DNA of 64,000 nucleotides from Malacoraja senta (lineage: Eukaryota): NCBI GenBank assembly GCA_038087875.1, contig JAXLNO010001394.1, positions 1 through 64,000 of the forward strand, written 5' to 3'. Numbering within the stretch: position 1 is the stretch's first letter; each line of letters begins with the position of its first letter. The notes below the pieces were generated by a model, which was not told where the DNA came from, ran no database searches, and saw nothing but the letters and a program-made list of their open reading frames with translations. Shown here in pieces: positions 12,392 through 25,440 of this stretch. The position numbers and the translations under genes were made by a program.

Positions 12392-14113
12392 TTCACCAAG
12401 GAGAAGGATATGGAATTATGTGAGGTAAGGGAAACAAGCAGAGTAGCAATGGAAACTATGAGATTCAAAGAAGAGGAGGTGCGGACACTTTTGAAAAATA
12501 TGAAAACGGATAAGTCTCCAGGTCCTGACAGGATATTCCCGAGGACATTGAGGGAAGTTAGTGTAGAAATAGCAGGGGCTATGACAGAAATATTTCAAAT
12601 GTCATTACAAACGGGAATAGTGCCGGAGGATTGGTGTACTGCGCATGTTATTCCGTTGTTTAAAAAGGGTTCTAAGAGTAAACCTAGCAATTATAGACCT
12701 GTTAGTTTGACGTCAGTTGTGGGCAAATTAATGGAAAGGATACTTAGAGATAATATATATAAGCATCTGGATAAGCAGGGTCTGATTAGGAACAGTCAAC
12801 ATGGATTTGTGCCTGGAAGGTCATGTTTGACTAATCTAGAATTTTTCGAAGAGGTTACTAGGGAAATTGATGAGGGTAAAGCAGTGGATGTTGTTTATAT
12901 GGACTTCAGTAAGGCCTTTGACAAGGTTCCTCATGGAAGGTTGGTTAAGAAGATTAAATTGTTGGGTATTAATGGTGGAGTAGCAAGATGGATTCAACAG
13001 TGGCTGAATGGGAGATGCCAGACAGTAATGGTGGATGGCTGTTTGTCAGGTTGGAGGCCGGTGACTAGTGGGGTGCCTCAGGGGTCTGTGTTGGGTCCAC
13101 TGTTGTTTGTCATGTACATCAATGATCTGGATGATGGTGTGGAAAATTGGATTAGTAAGTATGCAGATGATACTAAGGTGGTGTGGTGGATAATGAAGTA
13201 GATTTTCAAAGTCTACAGGGAGATTTAGGCCATTTGGAAGAGTGGGCTGAAAGATGGCAGATGGAGTTTAATGCTGATAAATGTGAGGTACTACATCTCG
13301 GCAGGACAAATCAAAATAGGACGTACATGGTAAATGGTAGAGAATTGAGGAATGCAGTTGAACAGAGGGATCTAGGAATAACTGCGCATAGTTCCCTGAA
13401 GGTGGAATCTCATGTAGATAGGGTGGTAAAGAAAGCTTTTGGTGTGCTGGCCTTTATAAATAAGAGCATTGAATATAGAAGTTGGGATGTAATGTTAAAA
13501 TTGTACAAGGCATTGGTGAGGCCAATTCTGGAGTATGGAGTACAATTTTGGTCGCCTAATTATAGGAAGGATGTCAACAAAATAGAGAGAGTACAGAGGA
13601 GATTTACTAGAATGTTGCCTGGGTTTCAGCAACTAAGTTACAGAGAAAGGTTGAACAAGTTAGGTCTTTATTCTTTGGACCGCAGAAGGTTAAGAGGGGA
13701 CTTGATAGAGGTCTTTAAAATTATGAGCGGGTTAGACAGAGTTGACGTGGATAAACTTTTTCCATTGAGAGTAGGGAAGATTCAAACAAGGGGACATGAC
13801 TTGAGAATTAAGGGACAGAGGTTTAGGGGTAACATTAGGGGGAACTTCTTTACTCTGAGAGTGGTAGCTGTGTGGAATGAGCTTCCAGTGGAAGTGGTGG
13901 AGGCAGGTTCGATTTTATCCTTTAAAAATAGATTGGATGGGTATATGGACGGGAAAGGAATGGAGGGTTCCGGTCTGAGTGCAGGAAGATGGGACGAGGG
14001 GGAAGTAATAATTTTTTTTTTAAATTAAAAAAAAAAATTTAAAAAAGTGTTCGGCACGGACTTGAAGGGCCGAGATGGCCTGTTTCCGTGCTGTAATGGT
14101 TATATGGTTATAT
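12392..14113 (+). mobile_element. CR1-B (different subfamily, 5'-truncated) nested in CR1-A RT
   Basis: The host reads gactagtggggta|...|gggtaccgcaaggctcg across the insert, with GGGTA at 12387-12391 and 14114-14118. The insert carries RT motifs (ORFs 12182-13201, 13183-14028) and a (gttatatg)n tail. Confidence 0.85.
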
Positions 14114-14613
14114 GGGTACCGCAAGGCTCGGTGCTGGGACCGCAGCTGTTTACAATATACATCAATGATTTGGATGAAGGGATTCAAAGTAACATTAGCA
14201 AATTTGCAGATGACACAAAGCTGGGTGGCAGTGTGAACTGTGAGGAGGATGCTATGAGAATGCAGGGTGACCTGGACAGGTTGGGAGAGTGGGCAGATGC
14301 ATGGCAGATGCAGTTTAATGCGGATAAATGTGAGGTTATCTACCTTGGTAGCAAAAACAGGAAGGCAGATTACCATCTAAATGGCGTCAAGTTGGGAAAA
14401 GGGGAAGTACCACGGGATCTGGGGGTCCTTGTACATCAGTCTATGAAAGTAAGCATGCAGGTACAGCAGGCAGTGAAGAAACAAATGGCATGTTGGCCTT
14501 TATAGCAAGAGGAATCGAATATAGGAGCAAAGAGGTCCTTCTGCAGTTGCACAGAGTCCTAGTAAAGCAGGATAGTAAAAGCTTCTTTAGGTATGTGAAG
14601 AGGAAAAAATTAG

Positions 14614-17600
14614 GTTAAATCCTCAAATTTTAAAAGACCCGCAAGGGAGTATATATCTAAAAACAACAAATGGACCTCCTTTTCGAAATAAATGACACTC
14701 CAGATATATCGCCCACTTTATTATGGGAATCCTTCAAAGCATTTATTAGAGGCGTTATAATTTCATACCAAGCTTTTTCAAAATAAAAAGAACAAGAACG
14801 AACAAAGACAGTTAGAAGAACAAATTAGGCAACTGGATATAGATAATGCTAAAGATCCAACTATGGATAAACACAATAAAATAATAATACTGAAATTTAA
14901 ATTAAATAAATTATTATCAGCCAAATTTATAAGACTATTCCAAATTACAAGACAGGATCACTTTGAATTTGGGGATAAACCACACAAAACTTGGCACGTC
15001 AGCTAAAAAAACTAGAAAAAAGAACACCACGATTCCAAAAGATTAAATCAGATAGAGGGGGAATTATTAACTTTACCGAATGATATTAATAAAAGGTTTG
15101 CACAATTTTATGAGAATTTGTACACATCCAAAACGACAACGGACACCAATAAAGTCACAGAGTTCTTGGATAATTGTAATCTTCCAAAATTAGAGTTGAA
15201 GGAACAAGAGGAATTGGGTGCACAAATTTCAATTAAGGAAATAGAAGACACAATAACTTCATTAAAGATTGGAAAAACTCCAGGACCTGACGGATTTAGT
15301 AATGAATTTTATAAAGTTTTTATGACATAATTATACCACGTTTACAGAAAATGTATAAACAAGCCTTTAAAGAACAAACATTACCTGATACACTAGCAGA
15401 ATCAACGATTACATTAATACTTAAAAAAGACAAAGATACAGAAGAACCCGGATCATATAGAGCTATTGCGTTGTTAAATACAGATCAAAAAATATTAGCG
15501 AAAACATTAGCTAGAAGATTAAGTAAGTATGTTAGTAAATTAATAAATCGGATCAAATGGGATTTATCCCTAAGAGACAATCATCTAATAATCTGAGACG
15601 TCTGCTCAACATAATGCATTCACATAAAACTGAAGAACAAGAATTATCAATTATTTCGTTGGACGCAGAAAAAAGCATTCGATCAAGTGGAATGGGATTA
15701 CATGGTTAAAGTATTGCAAAAATTCCAAATGGAGAGAATTTCATCCTATGGATTAAATTATATATATAATAAGCCTACGGCTAGAATATTAACTTATAAC
15801 ATATCTATGAAATTCCAATTATCAAGGGGTAATAGACAAGGATGTTCACTATCACCGCTGTTATTTGCTCTTATAATTGAACCTCTAGCGGAAAGAATTA
15901 GAACACATCCGAATATCCATGGCTATAATACAAAATATTCAAATAATAAAATATCTTTATACGCTGAAGATGTACTAATGTACATCACAAAACCTCAAAC
16001 TATTATACCAAACATATTAAATTTAATTGAGGATTTGGATCCTTTTCTGGATACAGAATAAACTGGAACAAAAGTGAAATTATGTCAATAAAACCGAAAG
16101 ACTCAACACACCTCTTAAAATTCCCTTTAAAAATAGCTACAGAAAAAATTTAAATACTTGAGTATTGAAATTACCAGATAATATCAAGCCATGTTTAACA
16201 CAAATTATAATCCTCTACTTAAGAAATTAAATACCTTAATTAAATTCTGGAAAACGATTCCTATGTCTTTATACGCCGAATAAATGCTATAAAAATGATC
16301 TTTTTACCACAAATTCTATACCTATTCCAATCAATTCCTATATACCTACCAAAAAAGTTTTTTTTAAACTGGATTCAGACATTACAAATTGTATATGGGA
16401 TTATAAATCTCATAGAATACAAAGAACACATTTGAACAAACCCAAAGTATTAGGTGGCTTAGCACTCCCTAACTTTATGTACTATTATTGGTCAGTAAAT
16501 ATTAAAAATATGATTCAACTGCTGGACAACTCTGCCCAGCAGGTGGAATTGGATTATAATGGAGAGAGAGGACTGCTCCCCTTGTAATATTGGAGTGACT
16601 CCTCCTCTCACCAATGAAGTTGAATAACACAAACTATAACACAAATCCAATTATACATAGTACAAATTAGAACTTGGAAACAAATAAAACATAATTTAAA
16701 ATTAAGAAATCTATCGCTCTTATCTCCAATAGTTAATAACCCTTCGTTTAAAACCCTCCATTATAGACAAATCATTTATACAATGGGAAAGAATAGGAAT
16801 TAAAACGCTCAGAGATTTGTATGAAACTGGAAAATTACTATCATTCCAACAATTACAACTAAAATATAATCTGGGAAACAATCAATATTTTAAATATTTC
16901 CAAATATGTGATTATCTGAAAAAATATACAAAAGATTATTATAATATGCCATTAGATTTACTGGACGAAGCAATGAAGACAAGCCGAATCAGCAAACTTA
17001 ATATCTTATTTGTATAATATTATTTTAAATGTAGAAATACCAGCAACGGATGGTATTAGAAGAGACTGGGAACAAGAATTAGCTATTAAAACTTCAAAAG
17101 AGAGGTGGGATGAACATTTATTAAATGTGCCCAAATGCTCGATTAATGTAAGACACACTTTAATACAATTTAAAATTTTACACAGATTATACTACTCAAA
17201 AAACAAAATAAGTAAACTTTTTCCCAACATATCACCTATCTGTGATAAATGTCAGTCTCAAGAAGCTACTATAGCGCTTTCATTTGTCTTCTGTATAAAA
17301 ATTCAAAAATTTTGGATTGAAATTATTGAAATATTTTCAAAATTATTTAAAATAAAACTGATACCAAAAGCAGAATGGATTATCTTTGGAACAACGGAAG
17401 GTAGCCCTGAACTAAATGTGTTTCAAAAGAACCTATTTGATTACGGGTTAATAACTGGAAAAAAGCTTATTCTAAAATTCTGGCAAAATGCTCCTATACC
17501 AACAATAAACATGTGGATTTCAAATATGTTTGAAACATTACACCTGGAAGAGATAAGACTCCTCCTAGCAGGCAAATCAGATCACTTCTATCGGACGTGG

Positions 17601-18018
17601 TCTTCATTTATAGAATTACCACAAGCATAAGGTGCAACAGTACTTAAAAAAGGCACCGATGTCAGGTCTTGGTAAAGGGGTTGAAAAGTGGCGAGCTGGT
17701 ATATCCCTTTTGCGCGATGTTCATAATAGAGTATCTGTCTTTCTCTTTTTTCTTCTTTCTCTTTTTTCTTTCCTAGGGTCTATCTCTTAATTTCCTTTCT
17801 CTAATTTCTCGTCTAAAGGGTCTTTCTTCTATCCTTTCGACACGCTTTTACACTTACACTATTTTCTTTCACTTTCTCTATTTCTCAATTTCAATCTTTT
17901 TTTAATAGCTTTAAAAAATGAAGGGGTACATTAAATGTAATAAGATATACGTGGTGTGTATTAATGTAATTGATTGTAATTTAATGTACTTCTAATAAAT
18001 AAAAATAAAAATAAAAAT
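14614..18018 (+). mobile_element. L1-clade LINE, 5'-truncated with frameshifted ORF2
   Basis: Fragments KTPGPDGFSNEFYK, SYRAIALLNTDQKILAK, RGNRQGCSLSPLLF, SLYAEDV and CDKC. It ends in tandem AATAAA/A-rich tail, and the host aaaaaattag|ttaagacc is split around it. Confidence 0.9.
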
Positions 18019-18574
18019 AATTAGTTAAGACCAAAGTTGGACCCTTGAAGACCGAAAAAAGTGAATTTATTATGGGGAACAAGGAAATGGCAGATGAGTT
18101 GAACAGGTACTTTGGATCTGTCTTCACTAAGGAGGACACAAACAATCTTCCTGATATAGTAGTGGCCAGAGGATCTGGGGTGACAGAGGAACTGAAGGAA
18201 ATCCACATTAGGCAGGAAATGGTGTTGGATAGACTGATGGGACTGAAGGCTGATAAATCCCCAGGGCCTGATGGTCTGCATCCCAGGGTACTTAAGGAAG
18301 TGGCTCTAGAAATCGTGGATGCATTGGTGATAATTCTCCAATGTTCTTTAGACTCAGGATCAGTTCCTGTGGATTGGAGGGTAGCTAATGTTATCCCACT
18401 TTTTAAGATAGGCGGAGAGAGAAAACGGAATTATAGACCAGTTAGCCTGACATCGGTGGTGGGGAAGATGCTGGAGTCAATTATAAAAGATGGAGATAGC
18501 CGAACATTTGGATAGCAGTAACAGGATCGGTCCGATTCAGGATGAATTGACGAAGGGGAAATCATGCTTGACTA

Positions 18575-19039
18575 GTCAAGTCAAGTCACATTTATTTATA
18601 TAGCACATTTAAAAAACAACTCTCATTGGCCAAAGTGCTTTACATTTGTTATAAGAATAGCACAACAAAACAAACTACATACATATATACATGTAGCCTT
18701 CACTCAGAGGACGTCAGGAAAGGCTTGGGAGTATAGATAAGTCTTTAGTCTTGACTTAAAAGAGTCGATGGAGGGGGCAGTTCTGATGGGAAAGGGGATG
18801 CTGTTCCACAGTCTAGGGGCTGCAACCGCAAAAGCGCGGTCGCCCCTGAGCTTATGCCTAGACCGTGGGATATTCAGCAACCCCAAGTCGGCCGATCTGA
18901 GGGGCCTGGAGGTGGAGTGGTGGGTGAGAAGACTTTTTATGTAGGTGGGGGAAAGCCCATTGAGGGCTTTGTAGACATGGAGGAGGATCTTGAAGCTTAT
19001 ACGGAACCGCACAGGGAGCCAGTGGAGAGAGGCCAGGAT
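18575..19039 (-). mobile_element. L2/Crack-like LINE 3' end
   Basis: ORF 18704-19012(-) reads ..RGDRAFAVAAPRLWNSIP..SIDSFKSRLKTYLY, with a (TCAAG)n tail. The host CR1 resumes at ctaatcttctgg. Confidence 0.85.
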
Positions 19040-19920
19040 CTAATCTTCTGGAATTTTTTGAAGATGTAAATAGGAAAATGGACAAGGGAGAGCCAGTGGA
19101 TGTAGTGTACCTGGACTTTCAGAAAGCATTTGATAAGGTCCCACATAGGAGATTAGTGGACAAAATTAGACACATGGTATTGGGGGTAGAGTGCTGACAT
19201 AGATAGAGAAGTGGTTGGCAGACAGGAAATGTAGGGATTAATGTGTCCCTTTCAGAATGGCAGGCAGTGACTAGTGGGGTGCCGCAACGCTCAGTGCTGG
19301 GACCGCAGCTATTTACAATATACATCAATGATTTGGATGAAGGGATTCAAAGTAACATTAGCAAATTTGCAGATGACACAAAGCTGGGTGGCAGAGTGAA
19401 CTGTGAGGAGGATGCTATGAGAATGTAGGGTGACTTGGACAGGTTGGGGGAGTGGGCAGATGCATGGCAGATGAAGTTTAATGCGGATAAATGTGAGGTT
19501 ATCCACTTTGGTAACAAAAACAGGAAGGCAGATAACTATCTAAATGGCGTCAAGTTGGGAAAAGGGGAAGTACAACAGGATCTGGGGGTCCTTGTACATT
19601 AGTCTATGAAAGTAATCATGCAGGTACAGCAGGCAGTGAAGAAAGCGAATGGCATGTTGGCCTTTATAACAAGAGGAATCGAATATAGGAGCAAAGAGGT
19701 CCTTCTGCAGTTGTGCAGAGCCCTAGTGAGACCACACCTGGATTATTGTGTGCAGTTTTGGTCCCCTAATTTGAGGAAGGGCATTCTTGCTATTGAGGGA
19801 GTGCAGCGTAGGTTTACAAGGTTAATTCCCGGGATGGCGGGACTGTCATATGCTGAGAGAATGGAGCAGCTGGGCTTGTACACTCTGGAGTTTAGAAGGA
19901 TAAGAGGATATCTCATTGAA

Positions 19921-22900
19921 ATTCAAATTTCAAATTTCTGGATCATTGGGACCTCTTGTGGAAGGTGCGACCTGTAAAAATAGGATGGGTTGCACTTGAA
20001 CCTGAGGGGGACCAATATCCTGGCGGGGAGATTTGCAAAGGCTACTGGGGAGACTTTAAACTAGAACGGTTGTGGGGAGGGACTCAAATAGAGAAAGCTA
20101 TTAGACAGTGTGTGAGGCAGGAGGCAGAGAAGGAAAGCACTCAGACCCAACATGTAGGGGGGAAAGAAGAAAACAATAATAAACAGAGAATAAGAGGTGG
20201 CGGGGTTCTTAAATGGGTGAGCAGAGAAACAGAGGGGTGTAAAATGCGGGCAGAAGCAATATGTAGCAAGGTGAAAAGTAAAAGTGGCAGGCAGACAAAC
20301 CCAGGGCAAAAATCATAAAGGGCCACTTTTCAACAAAATTGTAAAAGGGGTAAGAGCATTGTAAAAACAATCCTGAAGGCTTTGTGTCTCAATGCAAGGA
20401 GCATTCGTAATAAGGTGGATGAGTTGAACGTGCAGATAGCTATTAATAATTATGACATAGTTGGGATCACGAAGACATGGCTCCAGGGTGACCAAGGCTG
20501 GGAGCTGAACATCCAGGGATATTCAATATTCAGGAGGGATAGAGAGAAAGGAAAAGGAGGTGGGGTAGCGTTGCTGGTTAGAGAGGAGATTAACGCAGTG
20601 GAAAGGAAGGACATTAGCTTGGAGCTTGGTATGGGTCGAGCTGCGAAACACTAAGGGGCAGAAAACGCTGGTGGGTGTTGTGTACAGGCCACCTAGCAGT
20701 AGTAGTGAAGTTGGGGATAGCATCAAACAGGAAATTAGAAATGCGTGCAACAAAGGCAAAACAGTTATAATGGGTGACTTCAATCTACATATAGATTGGG
20801 TAAATCAAATTGGCAGGGGTGCTGAGGAAGAGGATTTCTTGGAATGTATGTGGGATAGTTATCTAAACCAACATGTAGAGGAACCAACGAGAGAGCAGGC
20901 TATTCTAGACTGGGTATTGAGTAATGAGGAAGGGTTAGTTAGCAGTCTTGTTGTGCGTGGCCCCTTGGGCAAGTGTGACCATAATATGGTTGAGTTCTTC
21001 ATTAGGATGGAGAGTGACATTGTTAATTCAGAAACAATGGTTCTGAACTTAAAGAAAGGTAGCTTTGTGGGTATGAGACGTGAATTGGACAAGATTGACT
21101 GGCAATTAGTTGTAAAAGGGTTGACGGTGGATATGCAATGGAAGGCATTTAAAGACTGCATGGATGAACGACAAAAATTGTTCATCCCAGTTTGGCAAAA
21201 AAATAAATCAGGGATGGTAGTGCATTCGTGGATAACAAGGGAAATCAGGGAAAAGCAAAAGATGATGCGTGCAAATTAGCCAGAAAAAGCAGCATACCAG
21301 AGGAATGGGAGAAATTCAGAGACCAGCAGAGGAGGACAAAGGGCTTAATTAGGTAAGGGAAAATAGATTATGAAAGAAAACTGGCAGGGAACATAAAAAC
21401 TGACTGCAAAAGTTTTTATAGATATGTGAAGTGAAAGAGATTTGTTAAAACAAATGTAGGTCCCTTGCAGTCAGAAACAGGTGAATTGATCATGGGGAAC
21501 AAGGATATGGCGGACCAATTGAATAACTACTTTGGTTCCGTCTTCACTAAGGAAGACATAAATAATCTGCCGGAAATAGCAGGGGACCGCGGGTCAAAGG
21601 AGATGGAGGAACTGAGTGAAATCCAGGTTAGTCGGGAAGTTGGGTAAATTGAATGGATTAAAGGCCGATAAATCACCAGGGCCAGATAGCCTGCATCCCA
21701 GAGTACTTAAGGAAGTAGCTCCAGAAATAGTGGATGCATTAGTGATAATTTTTCAAAATTCTTTAGAGTCTGGAGTAGTTCCTGAGAATTGGAGGATAGC
21801 TAATGTAACCCCACTGTTAAAAAAGGGAGGGAGAGAGAAAAGGGGGAATTACAGACCAGTTAGTCTAACATCGGTAGTGGGGAAAATGCTAGAGTCAGTT
21901 ATTAAAGATGGGATAGCAGCACATTTGGAAAGTGGTGAAATCATTGGACAAAGTCAGCATGGATTTACGAAAGGTAAATCATGTCTGACGAATCTTATAG
22001 AATTTTTCGAGGATGTAACTAGTAGAGTGGATAAGGGAGAACTAGTGGATGTGTTATATCTGGACTTTCAGAAGGCTTTCGACAAGGTCCAACATAAGAG
22101 ATTAGTATGCAAACTTAAAGTACACGGTATTGGGGGTTCAGTATTGATGTGGATAGAGAACTGACTGGCAGACAGGAAGCAAAGTGTGGGAATAAACGGG
22201 TCCTTTTCACAATGGCAGGCAGTGACTAGTGGGGTACTGCAAGGCTCAGTGCTGGGACCCCAGCTATTTACAATTTATATTAATGAACTGGATGAGGGAA
22301 TTGAAGGCAACATCTCCAAGTTTGCGGATGACACTAAGCTGGGGGGCAGTGTTAGCTGTGAGGAGGATGCTAGGAGACTGCAAGGTGACTTGGATAGGCT
22401 GGGTGAGTGGGCAAATGTTTGGCAGATGCAGTATAATGTGGATAAATGTGAGGTTATCCACTTTGGTGGCAAAAACAGGAAAGCAGACTATTATCTAAAT
22501 GGTGGCCGATTAGGAAAAGGGGAGATGCAGCGAGACCTGGGTGTCATGGTACACCAGTCATTGAAAGTAGGCATGCAGGTGCAGCAGGCAGTGAAGAAAG
22601 CAAATGGTATGTTAGCTTTCATAGCAAAAGGATTTGAGTATAGAAGCAGGGAGGTTCTACTGCAGTTGTACAGGGTCTTGGTGAGACCACACCTGGAGTA
22701 TTGCGTACAGTTTTGGTCTCCAAATCTGAGGAAGGACATTATAGCCATAGATGGAGTGCAGAGAAGGTTCACCAGACTGATTCCTGGGATGTCAGGAGTT
22801 TCATATGAAGAAAGACTGGATAGACTTGGCTTATACTCGCTAGAATTTAGGAGATTGAGAGGGGATCTTATAGAAACTTACAAAATTCTTATGGGGTTGG

Positions 22901-23256
22901 ACAGGCTAGATGCAGGAAGATTGTTCCCGATGTTGGGGAAGTCCAGGACAAGGGGTCACAGCTTAAGGATAAGGGGGAAATCCTTTAAGACCGAGATGAG
23001 AAAAAACATTTTCACACAGAGAGTGGTGAATCTCTGGAGCTCTCTGCCACAGAGGGTAGTTGAGGCCAGTTCATTGGCTATATTTAAGAGGGAGTTAGAT
23101 GTGGCCCTTGTGGCTAAAGGGATCAGGGGGTATGGAGAGAAGGCAGGTACGGGATACTGAGTTGGATGATCAGCCATGATCATATTGAATGGCGGTGCAG
23201 GCTCGAAGGGCCGAATGGCCTACTCCTGCACCTATTTTCTATGTATCTATGTATCT
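19921..23256 (+). mobile_element. CR1-C nested in the duplicated CR1-A segment (ORF1 end plus frameshifted ORF2)
   Basis: APE (CLNARSIRNK, GDFN, DH) and RT to GYGEKAGTGY*, with a (ctatgtat)n tail. The host reads ctcattgaa|acatataag across it. Confidence 0.85.
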
Positions 23257-25440
23257 ATGAAACATATAAGATTGTTAAGGGTTTGGACACGCTAGAGGCA
23301 GGAAACATGTTACCGATGTTATGGAAGTCCAGAACCAGGGGCCACAGTTTAAGAATAAGGAGTAAGCGAATTAGAACGGAGATGAGGAAACACTTTTTCT
23401 TACAGAGAGTGGTGAGTCTGTGGAATTCTCTGCCTCAGAGTGCGGTGGAGGCAGGTTCTCTGGATGCTTTCAGGAGAGAGCGAGATAGGGCTCTTAAAAA
23501 TAGCGGAGTCAGGGGATATGGGGAGAAGGCAGGAACGAGGTACTGATTGGGGATGATCAGCCATGATCGCATTGAATGGCGGTGCTGGCTCGAAGGGCCG
23601 AATGGCCTACTCCTGCACCTATTGTCTATTGTCTACTGCGTATTGTCACAAGGCCATTAAATAGAACTCACCATCAACTTGCTTGCCAAATTTCAGTTTT
23701 GATTTCAAGAGGACCACTTGCCCTCGACCTCTATGCATCCTTGGTCCATACACATATCAAGGTGTTGAATTCCAAAGGATAGGTGGGAGTGATCTTGATC
23801 TCAAGGCAGAACATGGTTGACTGTACCCACATAGGATCTCTGGTAAAGCTGAACTGATTAGGCATCAAAGGGAAATCCTTCCAAGGTCTGCTGCCATAAC
23901 TCATACAAGGGTTGATGCATGAGGATGTTGGTGGTTAATCATTTCAGCCACAGAAAATCACTGCAAGAGTTTCTTCCTTGGCATCTTCAATTGCTTCATG
24001 AGATATAGTTCTAATATAAGCAGATGGGGTTAGTTTAGCTAGTCATTACATTCAGCATTGTCTGTCAGGAAAAGGCCCATTTCTATGCTGTACAATGCTA
24101 AGATTTCATGAGGTCTGATGTTTGTTGATGATTACATAATATCCAGTTCCATTCACAACTAGTCAGCAAATGAAGAATCATTTGCTTGCAACACCAATAT
24201 GTAATCAAAATTCAGGCATGGACCAATAAATGAAAATTGACATTCATGTTACAGGACTACTGTGGCGCCTTCATGCCCACGTTGGTTTTGCATACAGCCT
24301 GTCACCACTGGCGACTCGCCAGCAGCCTCACGAGAAGGTCCAGCCACAAGAGCTCAATAATAACTCCAAAGTCAGATGCACTAATTGGCCTTATCTGCAC
24401 GCGGGTTATGATTGGTGAGAATGTAGGTAAAAGGGGCTTCTAAAATACACGTGACACAAGGTGTCTGGCTCAGCTATGTGCCATTTGTTCCTTGCTTTCT
24501 GTCGTGGGATTCAGTAGATCCTTCAACTGGTGACCCCATTGCTACACGCAACCTACCACTTACTCACAAAATGTATGACGATAAAAGTGACACAGTGTCA
24601 GCCGACGAAGTAAAACTCGACGTCCCAACTCTTTTTACAACCAATGCAGGAACGTGCTTTTCAATACTAGAAGCTCGATTTCACTACCTCAATGTCACGA
24701 GCCAACGGACAAAATTCGGGTTCCTAGCAGTTCGTCTTCCAGAGCAGATCGCATGGGAAGTAGAGGACGTGCTCCTTAATCCTGAAGAAATTACGCCACA
24801 CAATGTGCATAAATCCACTATTTTGGAGCGAACGCAGCCCTCGAAGCAAGCCCGGATTTCGGAGCTGCTAGGAGATGATAATCTCGGCAATAGGAGGCCA
24901 TTACAAATGCTGCAGAGATGGCGCAGGCTGGCGGTAAACAAAAAGATTGACGGCGATGTCTGGAAACAGAAGTTTCTCCACTGCATGCCTACCGGGCACG
25001 TGTAGTCAGGGTAGGCAAGGTAGGCAGTGCCTACCCTGAATAAAATTATAAAATGGTAATTATTAAATATAAATAGTAAAGGCACGGGAGAATTATGCTT
25101 ACCTACATAGAAACATAGAAACATAGAAAGTAGGTGCGAGAGTAGACCACCAGGCCCATCGAGCCCGCACCGCCATTCGCTCATGGCTGAACACTAAACA
25201 GACACCCTTACCCACAAACAGTAGACACAAGACACAGAACACAAGACACTACCCTCCCCTTTATATCGCTATCACCCCTCTCCACCCCAAGAACCGCGTG
25301 ATCTCCTGGGGGAGGCAAAAAAACGGATAAAAACCCAGGTCCAATTCGGGAAAAAAATCCGGGAAATTCCTCTCCGACCCCAATCCAGGCGATCGACACT
25401 TGTCCAGGAGATCACTCAGGTCTTACTATACTAACCATAC

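Larger units (their letters stand above)
8340..23633 (+). mobile_element. CR1-A: originally full-length CR1, now disrupted, forming the host of a nest with an internal duplication and five insertions
   Basis: ORF1 8644-9526 has a Cys-finger and SGNH esterase (GDS, HVGT.D) and is frameshifted. ORF2 APE starts at 10558 and RT pieces run to 14562. A duplicated RT segment spans 14563-19920, and the 3' end with an (ATTGTCT)n tail lies at 23257-23633. Confidence 0.85.
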
